Position numbers and translations under genes: made by a program. The notes under the pieces were generated by a model, which did no database searches, was not told the origin of the DNA, and worked only from the letters and a program-made list of their open reading frames with translations. Positions 27,124 through 35,795 of a stretch of DNA of 45,031 nt are shown piece by piece. The DNA comes from Chloroflexota bacterium (GTDB lineage: Bacteria > Chloroflexota > Limnocylindria > Limnocylindrales > CSP1-4): the NCBI GenBank assembly GCA_031404615.1, contig JANNHX010000021.1:1-45031 (forward strand), read 5' to 3'. Each line of letters begins with the position of its first letter. The first letter of the stretch is position 1.

Positions 27124-28392
27124 ATGACCACCGAGACGCGCCCGGTCGCCACGGCGCCGCTCGACCCGGCCGCCCTGCGGGCTGACTTCCCGATCCTCGA
27201 CCAGGACGTCTTCGGGCACCGGCTGGTCTACCTTGACTCAGCGGCGACCTCGCAGAAGCCCACCGCGGTCATCGAGGCGATGGACGCCTACTACCGACGC
27301 GACAACGCGAACGTCCACCGCGGCATCTACCAGCTGTCCGAGCGCGCCACGGCCGCGTACGAGGGTTCGCGCGCAAAGGTCGCCCGGCTGATCGGCGCGC
27401 CGGATCCGCGGACGATCATCTGGACCCGCAACGCCACCGAAGCGATCAACCTCGTGGCGTACTCGTGGGGCCGCCGCCACATCGAGCGCGGCGACGCGAT
27501 CATCCTGACCGAGATGGAGCACCACGCGAACCTGGTTCCGTGGCAGATCCTGGCCCAGGAGAAGGACGAGGACCTGGAGTTCATCCCCATCACGGACGAC
27601 GGGATCCTGCGCCAGGACGTGTTCGACGTCCTGCTCCGCCTCAGGCCCAAGCTGGTCGCGTTCACCCACGTGTCAAACACGCTGGGGACGATCAACCCGG
27701 TCGAGGAGATGACCCGCAAGGCCCACGAGGCCGGTGCGCTCGTCCTCATCGACGGCGCCCAGGCCGTGCCGCACCTCCCCGTGGACGTCGAGGCGATCGG
27801 CTGCGACTTCTACGTCTTCTCCGGCCACAAGGCGCTCGGGCCCACGGGCTCCGGCGTGCTCTGGGGCAGGCGCGAGCTGCTCGAGGCCATGCCCCCGTTC
27901 ATGGGCGGCGGCGACATGATCCGCGAGGTCCACCTGCGCCGATCCGAGTGGAACGAGCTGCCCTGGAAGTTCGAGGCCGGCACCCCGGACATCTCGGCGC
28001 AGATCGGGCTCGGCGTCGCCGCGGACTACCTCATGGCTCTGGGCATGGACCGGCTGCGCGCGCACGAGCGCGAGCTCGTCGCGTACGCGCTGGACATGCT
28101 CCCGCGCGAGGTCCCGGGGATCGAGCTGTACGGCCCGGCGGACCCGGACCTGCGCGGTGGCGTGGTCCCGTTCAACATCCCGAGCGTCCATCCGCACGAC
28201 GTGGCCCAGGTCCTGGACCGGTACGGCGTCGCGGTCCGCGCGGGCCATCACTGCACGATGCCGCTCCACGAGCGCCTGGACCTCGCCGCCACGGCGCGCG
28301 CGTCGTTCCAGTGCTACACGACCACCGAGGACATCGACGCGCTGGCGGCCGCGCTCAAGGAGGTCCAGCACCTCTTCGGCACGGGCTCCTGA
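27124..28392 (+). CDS. sufS: Cysteine desulfurase SufS (class V aminotransferase, group II)
   Basis: YLDSAATSQKP, NANVHRG, EHHANLVPWQ, SGHKALGPTGSGVL (PLP lysine), RAGHHCTMPL (catalytic Cys). Confidence 0.9.
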   Translation: MTTETRPVATAPLDPAALRADFPILDQDVFGHRLVYLDSAATSQKPTAVIEAMDAYYRRDNANVHRGIYQLSERATAAYEGSRAKVARLIGAPDPRTIIWTRNATEAINLVAYSWGRRHIERGDAIILTEMEHHANLVPWQILAQEKDEDLEFIPITDDGILRQDVFDVLLRLRPKLVAFTHVSNTLGTINPVEEMTRKAHEAGALVLIDGAQAVPHLPVDVEAIGCDFYVFSGHKALGPTGSGVLWGRRELLEAMPPFMGGGDMIREVHLRRSEWNELPWKFEAGTPDISAQIGLGVAADYLMALGMDRLRAHERELVAYALDMLPREVPGIELYGPADPDLRGGVVPFNIPSVHPHDVAQVLDRYGVAVRAGHHCTMPLHERLDLAATARASFQCYTTTEDIDALAAALKEVQHLFGTGS

Positions 28393-28420
28393 CCGGCCGG
28401 ACGCTACACTCCGGGGACCG

Positions 28421-28816
28421 ATGGACGACCTGTACCGCGACTACATCCTGGAGCACTACCGGCGGCCCCACAACTTCGGGGTCCTTGAGGCTCCCTCCGC
28501 CTCGTTCGAGGGCGCCAACCCGCTGTGCGGAGACCGCATCACGATGCAGCTCACCGTTGCCGACGGCGTCGTGACCGAGGTGGGCTTCACCGGCCGCGGC
28601 TGCGCGATCAGCCAGGCCTCCGCCTCCCTGCTGACGGACGAGATCAAGGGCAAGCCCGTGGGGGACGTGGCCGGGTTCGCGGCGACGGACCTCCTGGAGC
28701 TGCTCGGGATCGAGATCAGCCCGGCGCGCCTCAAGTGCGCCATGCTCTCGTTCGACTCGCTCCAGCACCTCCTCGATGAGACCGGCATCAAGCCGTTCGC
28801 GAAGGAGACGACCTAG
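28421..28816 (+). CDS. sufU: SufU/IscU-type sulfur-transfer/scaffold protein
   Basis: LYRDYILEHYRRPHNFG, NPLCGD, GRGCAISQASASL, ARLKCAML: the three conserved Cys of SufU. Confidence 0.85.
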   Translation: MDDLYRDYILEHYRRPHNFGVLEAPSASFEGANPLCGDRITMQLTVADGVVTEVGFTGRGCAISQASASLLTDEIKGKPVGDVAGFAATDLLELLGIEISPARLKCAMLSFDSLQHLLDETGIKPFAKETT

Positions 28817-28865
28817 CCGCCCCGCCGTTCGACGGCGGCCCGTCGTCCCACCGGAGCCCCTCGCC

Positions 28866-30062
28866 ATGCCCAAGACCTATGCCGAGCTCCTCCGCGAGGC
28901 GCGGAGCGAGATCCGCGAGCTCACCCCGGCGGAGGCCGATACGCTGCGCCAGCGCGGCGGCATCGCCCTCGTCGACGTCCGTGAGGCGTCCGAGTGGGAC
29001 CAGGGCCACGTGCCAGGCGCCCGCCACATCTCCAAGAGCTACGTCGAGCAGGAGATCGAGGCCGCCGTCCCGGACCGCTCGACCCCCGTCGTCCTGTACT
29101 GCGCCGGCGGCATCCGCTCGCTGTTCGCCGCCCAGACGCTGCGCGGCATGGGCTACGAGGACGTCGCCTCGATGAGCGGCGGGTTCCAGGCCTGGAAGAG
29201 CCAGGGCTTCGAGTGGACACAGCCCGTCCGCCTGACGGATACCCAGAAGCAGCGCTACAGCCGCCACCTGCTGATCCCCGAGGTGGGGTCGGCGGGGCAG
29301 GCGAAGCTGCTCTCGTCCAAGGTGCTGCTCATCGGCGCCGGTGGCCTCGGCTCGCCGGCGGCGCTGTACCTGGCCGCGGCTGGTGTCGGCACCATCGGCA
29401 TCATCGACTTCGACGTCGTCGACCTCTCCAACCTCCAGCGCCAGGTTCTCCACACGAACGACCGCGTCGGCGAGAAGAAGGTCGAGTCCGCGCGCAGGAC
29501 CATCACGGCCCTCAACCCCGACGTCACGGTGCTGGGGCACGACGAGATGCTCGTCGCGGACAACGTCGAGCGGATCATCACGGGCTACGACGCGATCGTG
29601 GACGGGACCGACACGTTCGAGACCCGCTACATCCTCAACGACGCGGCGGTCGTGGCCGGCATCCCGGTTGTCCACGCGTCCGTGTTCCGGTTCGAGGGAC
29701 AGGTCACGACCTTCCTCCCGTGCGTGGGTCCCTGCTACCGCTGCCTGTACCCGACGCCGCCCCCGCCCGAGCTCGCGCCCGGCTGCTCCGTCGCCGGTGT
29801 GCTGGGCGTCGTGCCCGGGATCATGGGCCTCCTCCAGGCGAACGAGGTGCTCAAGGTCCTGCTTGGGATCGGCACGACGCTCGCCGGCCGCCTGTTGCTG
29901 TTCGATGCATTGGAGACCGAGTTCACCGAGCTCCGGCTCCGCCGCGATCCCGCCTGCCCGGTCTGCTCCGATGCGGCCGTCGCCGCGCGGGAGGCCGGCA
30001 CCCCGCTCCCCATCCCGTCCACCGCTCCCGGCGGGGTGTTCACGCTCGGAGGATCCCGATGA
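28866..30062 (+). CDS. Rhodanese (N-terminal) fused to a ThiF/MoeB-type E1-like adenylyltransferase
   Basis: Rhodanese region: DVREASEWDQGHVPGARHI and active-site loop YCAGGIRS. E1 region: RYSRHLLIPEVG, LLIGAGGLGSPAALYLAAAGVG, DFDVVDLSNLQRQ, CYRC...CPVC zinc motif, loop Cys in PGCSVAGVLG. Confidence 0.85.
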   Translation: MPKTYAELLREARSEIRELTPAEADTLRQRGGIALVDVREASEWDQGHVPGARHISKSYVEQEIEAAVPDRSTPVVLYCAGGIRSLFAAQTLRGMGYEDVASMSGGFQAWKSQGFEWTQPVRLTDTQKQRYSRHLLIPEVGSAGQAKLLSSKVLLIGAGGLGSPAALYLAAAGVGTIGIIDFDVVDLSNLQRQVLHTNDRVGEKKVESARRTITALNPDVTVLGHDEMLVADNVERIITGYDAIVDGTDTFETRYILNDAAVVAGIPVVHASVFRFEGQVTTFLPCVGPCYRCLYPTPPPPELAPGCSVAGVLGVVPGIMGLLQANEVLKVLLGIGTTLAGRLLLFDALETEFTELRLRRDPACPVCSDAAVAAREAGTPLPIPSTAPGGVFTLGGSR

Positions 30063-30103
30063 GCACGGTCAAGGTCCCCGCGGTCCTGCGCGGGGCCGGG
30101 TGA
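30059..30103 (+). CDS. 14-codon ORF MSTVKVPAVLRGAG (CysO/MoaD/ThiS-like N-terminus only)
   Basis: Its ATG overlaps the E1 stop (ATGA), and its TGA overlaps a GTG in the JAMM frame (GTGA). The sequence resembles the first beta-strand of sulfur-carrier proteins (CysO begins MNVTVSIPTILRPHTGG, as recalled). There is no room for the remaining roughly 80 residues. Translation and function are unknown. Confidence 0.3.
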   Translation: MSTVKVPAVLRGAG

Positions 30104-30107
30104 CGGA

Positions 30108-30161
30108 GGCGGGGATGCCCGTCCAGGCGGGGATGCCCGTCCAGGCGGCGATGCCCGCCCG
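30108..30161 (+). repeat. 18-bp tandem repeat x3 at the 5' end of the JAMM gene
   Basis: ggcggggatgcccgtcca / ggcggggatgcccgtcca / ggcggcgatgcccgcccg. Each unit contains an in-frame ATG (MPVQAG-MPVQAA-MPAR). Confidence 0.9.
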
Positions 30162-30612
30162 AGGGCCAGCAGCGCCCAAGGTGGGAGACCATCCCGGTCC
30201 GGCCCTGGTTTCACTGCCCGGCGCGATCGCGGAGGCGATCGAGGCCCAGGCGCGAGCCGAGTACCCGCTCGAGGCCTGCGGGCTGATCGCCGGATCCGCG
30301 CCGGCGGCGTCCGGCGGCGTGGCGCTGCGCTACGTGGCCTGTCGGAATGCGGCCGCATCGCCGGTGCGCTACTCGGTCCACCCCGACGACCTCTACCGGG
30401 TCACCGTCGAGACCGACGACGCCGACGAGGTCATCTGGGGCATCGTCCACTCCCACGTGCGGTCGCCGGCCGTGCCGTCGCTGACCGATGTCGGGCTGGC
30501 GCTGTACCCGGACGCCCTCTACCTGCTCATCTCGCTCGCGGACGCGACGGCCCTCCGCGCGTGGCGGATCGTCGGCGGTGAGATGCACGAGGTTGGGCTG
30601 GAGCTCGCATGA
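30115..30612 (+). CDS. JAMM/MPN+ metallopeptidase (Mec/Mov34-like)
   Basis: EACG glutamate block and HSHVRSPAVPSLTD, an exact H-x-H-x7-S-x2-D JAMM motif. GGAGG lies 5 nt upstream of ATG 30115. Alternative starts are GTG 30100 or later repeat ATGs. Confidence 0.8.
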   Translation: MPVQAGMPVQAAMPARGPAAPKVGDHPGPALVSLPGAIAEAIEAQARAEYPLEACGLIAGSAPAASGGVALRYVACRNAAASPVRYSVHPDDLYRVTVETDDADEVIWGIVHSHVRSPAVPSLTDVGLALYPDALYLLISLADATALRAWRIVGGEMHEVGLELA

Positions 30613-31031
30613 ACAACGGGATGGATCGAGGCAGGCTCGCGTGGCTGCTCGCGGGCGGGCTGGCGCTCGTCGGCGGAACGCTCCTCGGGTGGAACGGGGA
30701 GCTGCTCGACGCCATCGCCCACCCGCCGCCCCTCGTCCGCTCGGCGCTGGTCGGGCTGAGCGTGGTGGCTGCGCTGTGGTGCGTCCTCCAGGCCGTCAAA
30801 CGCCTCGAGGCCGGTCGACACATCGACGCCGAGTCGATGACCGGGCGCGACCTCGCCACCCTCGTGCGCGGCGTGCGCTACGTCTTCCTCGCCGTCGCGG
30901 CACTGTCGGCCGCCGCCGGCTGGCTCATCGGCCACCCGCTGCCGTTCATCGTCGCGCTCGTCATCGCCGGCGTCGACATCCTCGAGACCACGTTCCTGCT
31001 CCTGGTCGTGGCGATGCGCCGCGAGGACTGA
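30609..31031 (+). CDS. Small integral membrane protein (about 4 TM), function unknown
   Basis: The ATG overlaps the JAMM stop (ATGA). Four hydrophobic segments (LAWLLAGGLALVGGTLLGW, ALVGLSVVAALWCVL, VFLAVAALSAAAGWLIG, FIVALVIAGVDILETTFLLLVVA). Confidence 0.6.
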   Translation: MNNGMDRGRLAWLLAGGLALVGGTLLGWNGELLDAIAHPPPLVRSALVGLSVVAALWCVLQAVKRLEAGRHIDAESMTGRDLATLVRGVRYVFLAVAALSAAAGWLIGHPLPFIVALVIAGVDILETTFLLLVVAMRRED

Positions 31032-31158
31032 GGGGCCTCCGGCGTCTCGGTGTCCAGCCCGCTGCCCGCGCCGCCCGCCGCCCGCCCCGCCTTGATGGAA
31101 CCGGTTCCACAAGGCACGGGATCGGTGTAGGCTAGGGGCGACCGCTTTGGAGGCTTCC

Positions 31159-33549
31159 ATGACCACGTCCGACCTCGCGTCTGCCCCCGCCGCGTCGAGC
31201 GGCCCCCTGTCCCCCGACGAGCTGCGCCTCATCGACGCCTACTGGCGCGCGGCGAACTACCTCTCCGTCGGCCAGATCTACCTGCTCGACAACCCGCTGC
31301 TCAAGGAACCCCTCAAGCCCGAGCACGTCAAGCCGCGCCTGCTGGGCCACTGGGGCACGACCCCTGGCCTGAACATGATCTACGCGCACATGAACCGCGT
31401 GATCCGGAATTGGGACCTCGACGCGATCTACGTGATCGGACCCGGCCACGGCGGCCCGGCGATCGTCGCCAACGCGTACCTCGAGGGGACCTACAGCGAG
31501 GTCTACCCGAGCATCACGCGCGACGAGGATGGCATCCGCAAGCTGTTCCGCCAGTTCTCGTTCCCCGGCGGGATCCCGAGTCACGTGGCCCCCGAGACGC
31601 CGGGCTCGATCCACGAGGGCGGAGAGCTGGGCTACGCGCTCTCGCACGCGTACGGCGCGGCGTTCGACAATCCCGACCTGGTGGTCTGCGCGGTCGTCGG
31701 CGACGGCGAGGCCGAGACCGGCCCGCTGGCCACGAGCTGGCACTCCAACAAGTTCCTCAACCCGGTCACGGACGGCGCGGTGCTGCCGATCCTCCACCTG
31801 AACGGCTACAAGATCGCCAACCCCACGATCCTCGCCCGGATCCCCAAGGAAGAGCTGGCGGCGCTGATGGAGGGCTACGGCCACAAGCCCTACTTCGTGG
31901 AGGGGGACGACCCCGCGGAGGTCCACCAGCAGCTGGCGGCAACGCTCGATGCCGTGGTCCAGGAGATCCACGCGATCCAGAAGGCCGCCCGCGAGGGCGG
32001 GGTGACCGAGCGTCCCGCGTGGCCGATGATCGTGCTCCGTACGCCGAAGGGCTGGACGGGGCCGAAGACGATCGACGGCCACCAGGTGGAAGGCGCCTGG
32101 CGTTCGCACCAGGTTCCCATGAGCGAAGTCCGCAAGAATGCGGACAACCGGGCGATCCTCGATGACTGGATGCGCAGCTACCGGCCCGAGGAGCTGTTCG
32201 ACGAGCACGGGGCGCTGGTCCCGGAGCTCGCCGCGTTGCCGCCGAAGGCCTACCGGCGCATGAGCGCGAACCCGGTCGCGAACGGCGGGGAGCTGCTCCG
32301 CGACCTCGTCCTCCCGGACTTCCGCAACTACGCCGTCGCCGTGCCCCGGCCCGGGGCCACCACGTCCGAGGCGGCCCGGGTCCTCGGCACGTTTGTGCGG
32401 GACGTCATGGACCGCAACCGCGAGAACTTCCGCATGTTCGGCCCGGACGAGACCGCCTCGAACCGCCTCGGCGCGGTGCTGGACGTCACGGACAGGACCT
32501 GGATGGCGGAGATCATCCCGGGCGACGACCACCTCGCCCGGGACGGCCGCGTCATGGAGGTCCTCTCCGAGCACCAGTGCCAGGGCTGGCTGGAGGGCTA
32601 CCTGCTCACCGGCCGACACGGCGTGTTCAACTGCTACGAAGCCTTCATCCACATCATCGACTCGATGTTCAACCAGCACGCGAAGTGGCTGAAGGTCACC
32701 GGTGACATCCCGTGGCGGCGCCCGATCGCATCGCTCAACTACGTGCTCTCGTCCCTCGTCTGGCGGCAGGACCACAACGGCTTCTCCCACCAGGACCCGG
32801 GCTTCATCGACCACGTGGTGAACAAGAAGGCCGACGTCATCCGCGTCTACCTGCCGCCGGATGCCAACACGCTGCTCTCCGTGGGCGACCACTGCCTGCG
32901 CAGCCGGCACTACGTCAACGTGATCGTCGCCGGCAAGCAGCCCAGCCCCAACTGGCTGACGATGGACCAGGCGATCCTCCACTGCACCCGCGGCATTGGG
33001 ATCTGGGACTGGGCCAGCAACGACCAGGGCGGTGAGCCCGACGTCGTCATCGGCAGCGCCGGCGACGTCCCGACGCTCGAGGCGCTCGCCGCGGTCGACC
33101 TGCTCCGCCAACACCTGCCGGAGCTCAAGGTGCGCTTTGTGAACGTCGTCGACCTGATGCGGCTCCAGGACGAGAAGGAGCACCCGCACGGCCTGTCCAA
33201 CGCGGAGTTCGACTCGCTGTTCACCACGAGCAAGCCGGTCGTCTTCGCCTACCACGGCTACCCGTGGCTGATCCACCGCCTCACGTACCGCCGGACGAAT
33301 CACGTCAACATCCACGTCCGCGGCTACAAGGAGGAGGGCACCACCACGACGCCGTTCGACATGGTGATGCTCAACGACCTCGACCGATTCCACCTCGTCA
33401 TCGACGTGATCGATCGGGTGCCGGGCCTCGGCCCCAGGGCCGGCCACGTCCGCCAGCTGATGGTGGACAAGCGCATCGAGGCGCGGGCCTACACGAGGCT
33501 CGAGGGCGAGGATGCCCCCGAGATCGCGAACTGGGCATGGCCGCACTAG
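31159..33549 (+). CDS. xfp: Xylulose-5-phosphate/fructose-6-phosphate phosphoketolase
   Basis: [66 protein letters not shown] are hallmark XFP motifs. GGAGG lies 5 nt upstream of ATG 31159. Confidence 0.95.
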   Translation: MTTSDLASAPAASSGPLSPDELRLIDAYWRAANYLSVGQIYLLDNPLLKEPLKPEHVKPRLLGHWGTTPGLNMIYAHMNRVIRNWDLDAIYVIGPGHGGPAIVANAYLEGTYSEVYPSITRDEDGIRKLFRQFSFPGGIPSHVAPETPGSIHEGGELGYALSHAYGAAFDNPDLVVCAVVGDGEAETGPLATSWHSNKFLNPVTDGAVLPILHLNGYKIANPTILARIPKEELAALMEGYGHKPYFVEGDDPAEVHQQLAATLDAVVQEIHAIQKAAREGGVTERPAWPMIVLRTPKGWTGPKTIDGHQVEGAWRSHQVPMSEVRKNADNRAILDDWMRSYRPEELFDEHGALVPELAALPPKAYRRMSANPVANGGELLRDLVLPDFRNYAVAVPRPGATTSEAARVLGTFVRDVMDRNRENFRMFGPDETASNRLGAVLDVTDRTWMAEIIPGDDHLARDGRVMEVLSEHQCQGWLEGYLLTGRHGVFNCYEAFIHIIDSMFNQHAKWLKVTGDIPWRRPIASLNYVLSSLVWRQDHNGFSHQDPGFIDHVVNKKADVIRVYLPPDANTLLSVGDHCLRSRHYVNVIVAGKQPSPNWLTMDQAILHCTRGIGIWDWASNDQGGEPDVVIGSAGDVPTLEALAAVDLLRQHLPELKVRFVNVVDLMRLQDEKEHPHGLSNAEFDSLFTTSKPVVFAYHGYPWLIHRLTYRRTNHVNIHVRGYKEEGTTTTPFDMVMLNDLDRFHLVIDVIDRVPGLGPRAGHVRQLMVDKRIEARAYTRLEGEDAPEIANWAWPH

Positions 33550-34706
33550 GGGACGACACGTCGGCTGACGGCCACGTCACGGGCAGAGGGCCGCGCCGGA
33601 TCCTTGTCGTCAACGCGGGATCCAGCAGCCTGAAGCTGCGGCTGCTGGACCCCACCGACGTCGTCGTCGCGTCCGCGGATCTGCCGGCGGTCCGCGGGGC
33701 GACGGACGCCCGCCTGGTCGCCGAGGCGGTGGCGGCCTGGGGCGGCGAGACGATCGACGCCGTCGGCCATCGCGTGGTCCACGGCGGCACGGTGTTCACG
33801 CACCCCGTGCTCGTGGACAAGCGGGTCCTCGCGCAGATCGCCGCGCTCACCGACCTTGCGCCACTCCACCAGCCGAAGTCGCTGGCCGCGCTGGAGGCCG
33901 TCGGGGCCGTGCTGCCGAACGTGCCGGCGGTCGCCTGCTTCGATACCGCGTTCCATGCGACGCTGCCCACGGCCGCCTCGACCTACGCCCTGCCATCGGA
34001 GTGGCGCCAGCGCTGGGACCTGCGCCGGTACGGATTCCACGGGCTCTCGCACTCCTATGTGTCACGCCGCGCCGCGCTCCTCTGCGCCCGTGAGGGTGAC
34101 GCGACCTTCCGCGTCGTCACGTGCCACCTGGGCGCCGGGGCGTCGCTCGCGGCGGTGCTCGGCGGGCGCTCCGTCGACACGACCATGGGGTTCACGCCGC
34201 TGGAGGGCCTGGTCATGGCCACGCGCTCGGGCACGGTGGATCCCGGCCTGGTGCTGTGGCTGGCCGAGCACGTGGGGATGCCGCCGGCAGAGCTGGCGGC
34301 GACCCTCGAGCACCGTTCCGGGCTGCTTGGCCTTGCCGGGACGGCGGACATGCGCGCGGTCCTCGACGGGGCGCAGGCCGGCGAGCCCGGCGCGCGCCTC
34401 GGCCTCGAGGTCTACCTGCACCGGCTGCGGGGCGCCATCGCGACGATGACGGCGGCGATGGGCGGGCTGGACGCGATCGCGTTCACCGGCGGTGTCGGCG
34501 AGCGTGCCCCCGTCGTGCGCGCGCTGGCCGCCGACGGCCTCGGCTACCTGGGGATCGCGCTGGACGCGAAGGCGAACGGCCGGCCCGGGACGGCCGACCG
34601 GGAGATCGGCGTGCCGGGCGCCGCGGTCCGTGCGTTCGTGATCCCGGCCCGCGAGGACGTGGAGATCGCGCGCGACGTCAGGCGAACCATCGCTACGACG
34701 GCCTAG
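33537..34706 (+). CDS. ackA: Acetate kinase
   Basis: [75 protein letters not shown]. The ATG overlaps the last 13 nt of xfp. Confidence 0.9.
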   Translation: MAALGDDTSADGHVTGRGPRRILVVNAGSSSLKLRLLDPTDVVVASADLPAVRGATDARLVAEAVAAWGGETIDAVGHRVVHGGTVFTHPVLVDKRVLAQIAALTDLAPLHQPKSLAALEAVGAVLPNVPAVACFDTAFHATLPTAASTYALPSEWRQRWDLRRYGFHGLSHSYVSRRAALLCAREGDATFRVVTCHLGAGASLAAVLGGRSVDTTMGFTPLEGLVMATRSGTVDPGLVLWLAEHVGMPPAELAATLEHRSGLLGLAGTADMRAVLDGAQAGEPGARLGLEVYLHRLRGAIATMTAAMGGLDAIAFTGGVGERAPVVRALAADGLGYLGIALDAKANGRPGTADREIGVPGAAVRAFVIPAREDVEIARDVRRTIATTA

Positions 34707-34798
34707 CCGCGCCCGCCAAGGGGCAGGCCCGATCGGGCCGTTCGGCCGATCACGCCACCGATCCCCTGGGCGACGATCCGGGTGTTCGGAGGTTCACG

Positions 34799-35701
34799 AT
34801 GCGCATCCTTCTCGCCACCGACGGCTCGGTCTGCAGCGACCGTGCCACGGAGCTCGTGTCGAGCTTCGCCTTCCCGCCCGACTCAGTCGTCCGCGTCGTG
34901 GGCGTGCACCGCCCCTATACGGACGCGCTCGCCCTCTCGTGGGTCTCGGTGGGGGATGCCAGCACCAACCTCGAGACCGAGGAGGCGTCCGCCGCCCGAC
35001 ATCTCCGCGAGGCCATCGCCAGGGCCGAGTCCGCGCTCAAGCGCCCGGACCTCAAGGTCGAGGGCTTCCTGCTCCACGGCCGGCCCGGCAGCTCCATCGT
35101 GGACGAGGCCGGCGCGTTTGGCGCGGACCTCGTGGTGGTCGGCAGCCGTGGGCACGGCACCATCGCGACGATGCTCCTGGGCAGCACCGCCTCGGAGATC
35201 GTGGACCACGCGCCGTGCCCCGTCCTCGTCGCGCGGCACCGCCACCTCGAGCCGCTCGTCTTCGCGGACGACGGCTCCAAGTCCGCCAGGCACGCCGAGA
35301 CCGTGTTCACGCGCTGGCCGATCTTTGCCGGCATGCCGGTGAGCGTCGTGACCGTCGCCGAGGTCGCCGTCCCTGTCGCCGCAGGCTTCACGCCCGGCCT
35401 CTACGACCAGGTCCTCGAGTCCTACACCCAGTCCGTGGACGAGGCCCGCAACGAGGTCCGCGAGGAGGCCAGCAACGAGGCCCATCGCCTCGAGGCCATC
35501 GGCCTGCGGGCGACTCCCGTCGCGCTCGAGGGGGATCCGGCCGCCGAGATCGTCCGCTACGCGGCGGCGACGAACGTCGCCACGATCGTCATGGGGACGC
35601 GCGGCCACACCGGCCTCGCGAGGCTCATCCTGGGCAGCACGGCGCGCAACGTGCTCGTGCACGCCCCCTGCTCCGTCCTGATCGTCCGCGAAGGCCGCTG
35701 A
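34799..35701 (+). CDS. Tandem universal stress protein (two UspA domains)
   Basis: MRILLATDGS...ADLVVVGSRGHG...GSTASEIVDHAPCPVLVAR, with a second copy ATIVMGTRGHTGLARLILGSTARNVLVHAPCSVLIV. GGAGG lies 6 nt upstream of the ATG. Confidence 0.85.
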   Translation: MRILLATDGSVCSDRATELVSSFAFPPDSVVRVVGVHRPYTDALALSWVSVGDASTNLETEEASAARHLREAIARAESALKRPDLKVEGFLLHGRPGSSIVDEAGAFGADLVVVGSRGHGTIATMLLGSTASEIVDHAPCPVLVARHRHLEPLVFADDGSKSARHAETVFTRWPIFAGMPVSVVTVAEVAVPVAAGFTPGLYDQVLESYTQSVDEARNEVREEASNEAHRLEAIGLRATPVALEGDPAAEIVRYAAATNVATIVMGTRGHTGLARLILGSTARNVLVHAPCSVLIVREGR

Positions 35702-35741
35702 CAGCCGGCCCTCCGCCGCGCGGGGCGCGAGGGGGGACATC

Positions 35742-35795
35742 CGACCTACGCCGGGTGCCCGCGCCCCGCGACCTACGCCGGGTGCCCGCGCCCCG
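35742..35795. repeat. Perfect 27-bp tandem duplication spanning the 3' end of the nucleoside hydrolase gene
   Basis: cgacctacgccgggtgcccgcgccccg x2. Each copy carries the stop codon and the last codons (GRGHPA*) of the minus-strand gene. Confidence 0.9.

Noticed and set aside
28776-28865. The upstream extension of the rhodanese-ThiF ORF overlapping sufU.
   Set aside because: The extension is Arg/Pro-rich and overlaps the sufU C-terminus. Rhodanese homology begins right after ATG 28866.
30101-30103. Possible TGA recoding (selenocysteine or read-through) to extend the 14-codon ORF.
   Set aside because: Downstream sequence in that frame is Arg/Pro/Cys-rich nonsense (RRRGCPSRRGCPSRRRCPP...) ending without a GG terminus. 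No SECIS-like hairpin is evident.
10456-35779. The 8-mer CCTACGCC/GGCGTAGG recurring at 10456, 17071, 25218, 35745 and 35772 as a possible dispersed motif.
   Set aside because: A rough expectation for such a GC-rich 8-mer on both strands of 45 kb is a few occurrences by chance. Only the longer local repeats that contain it are reported.
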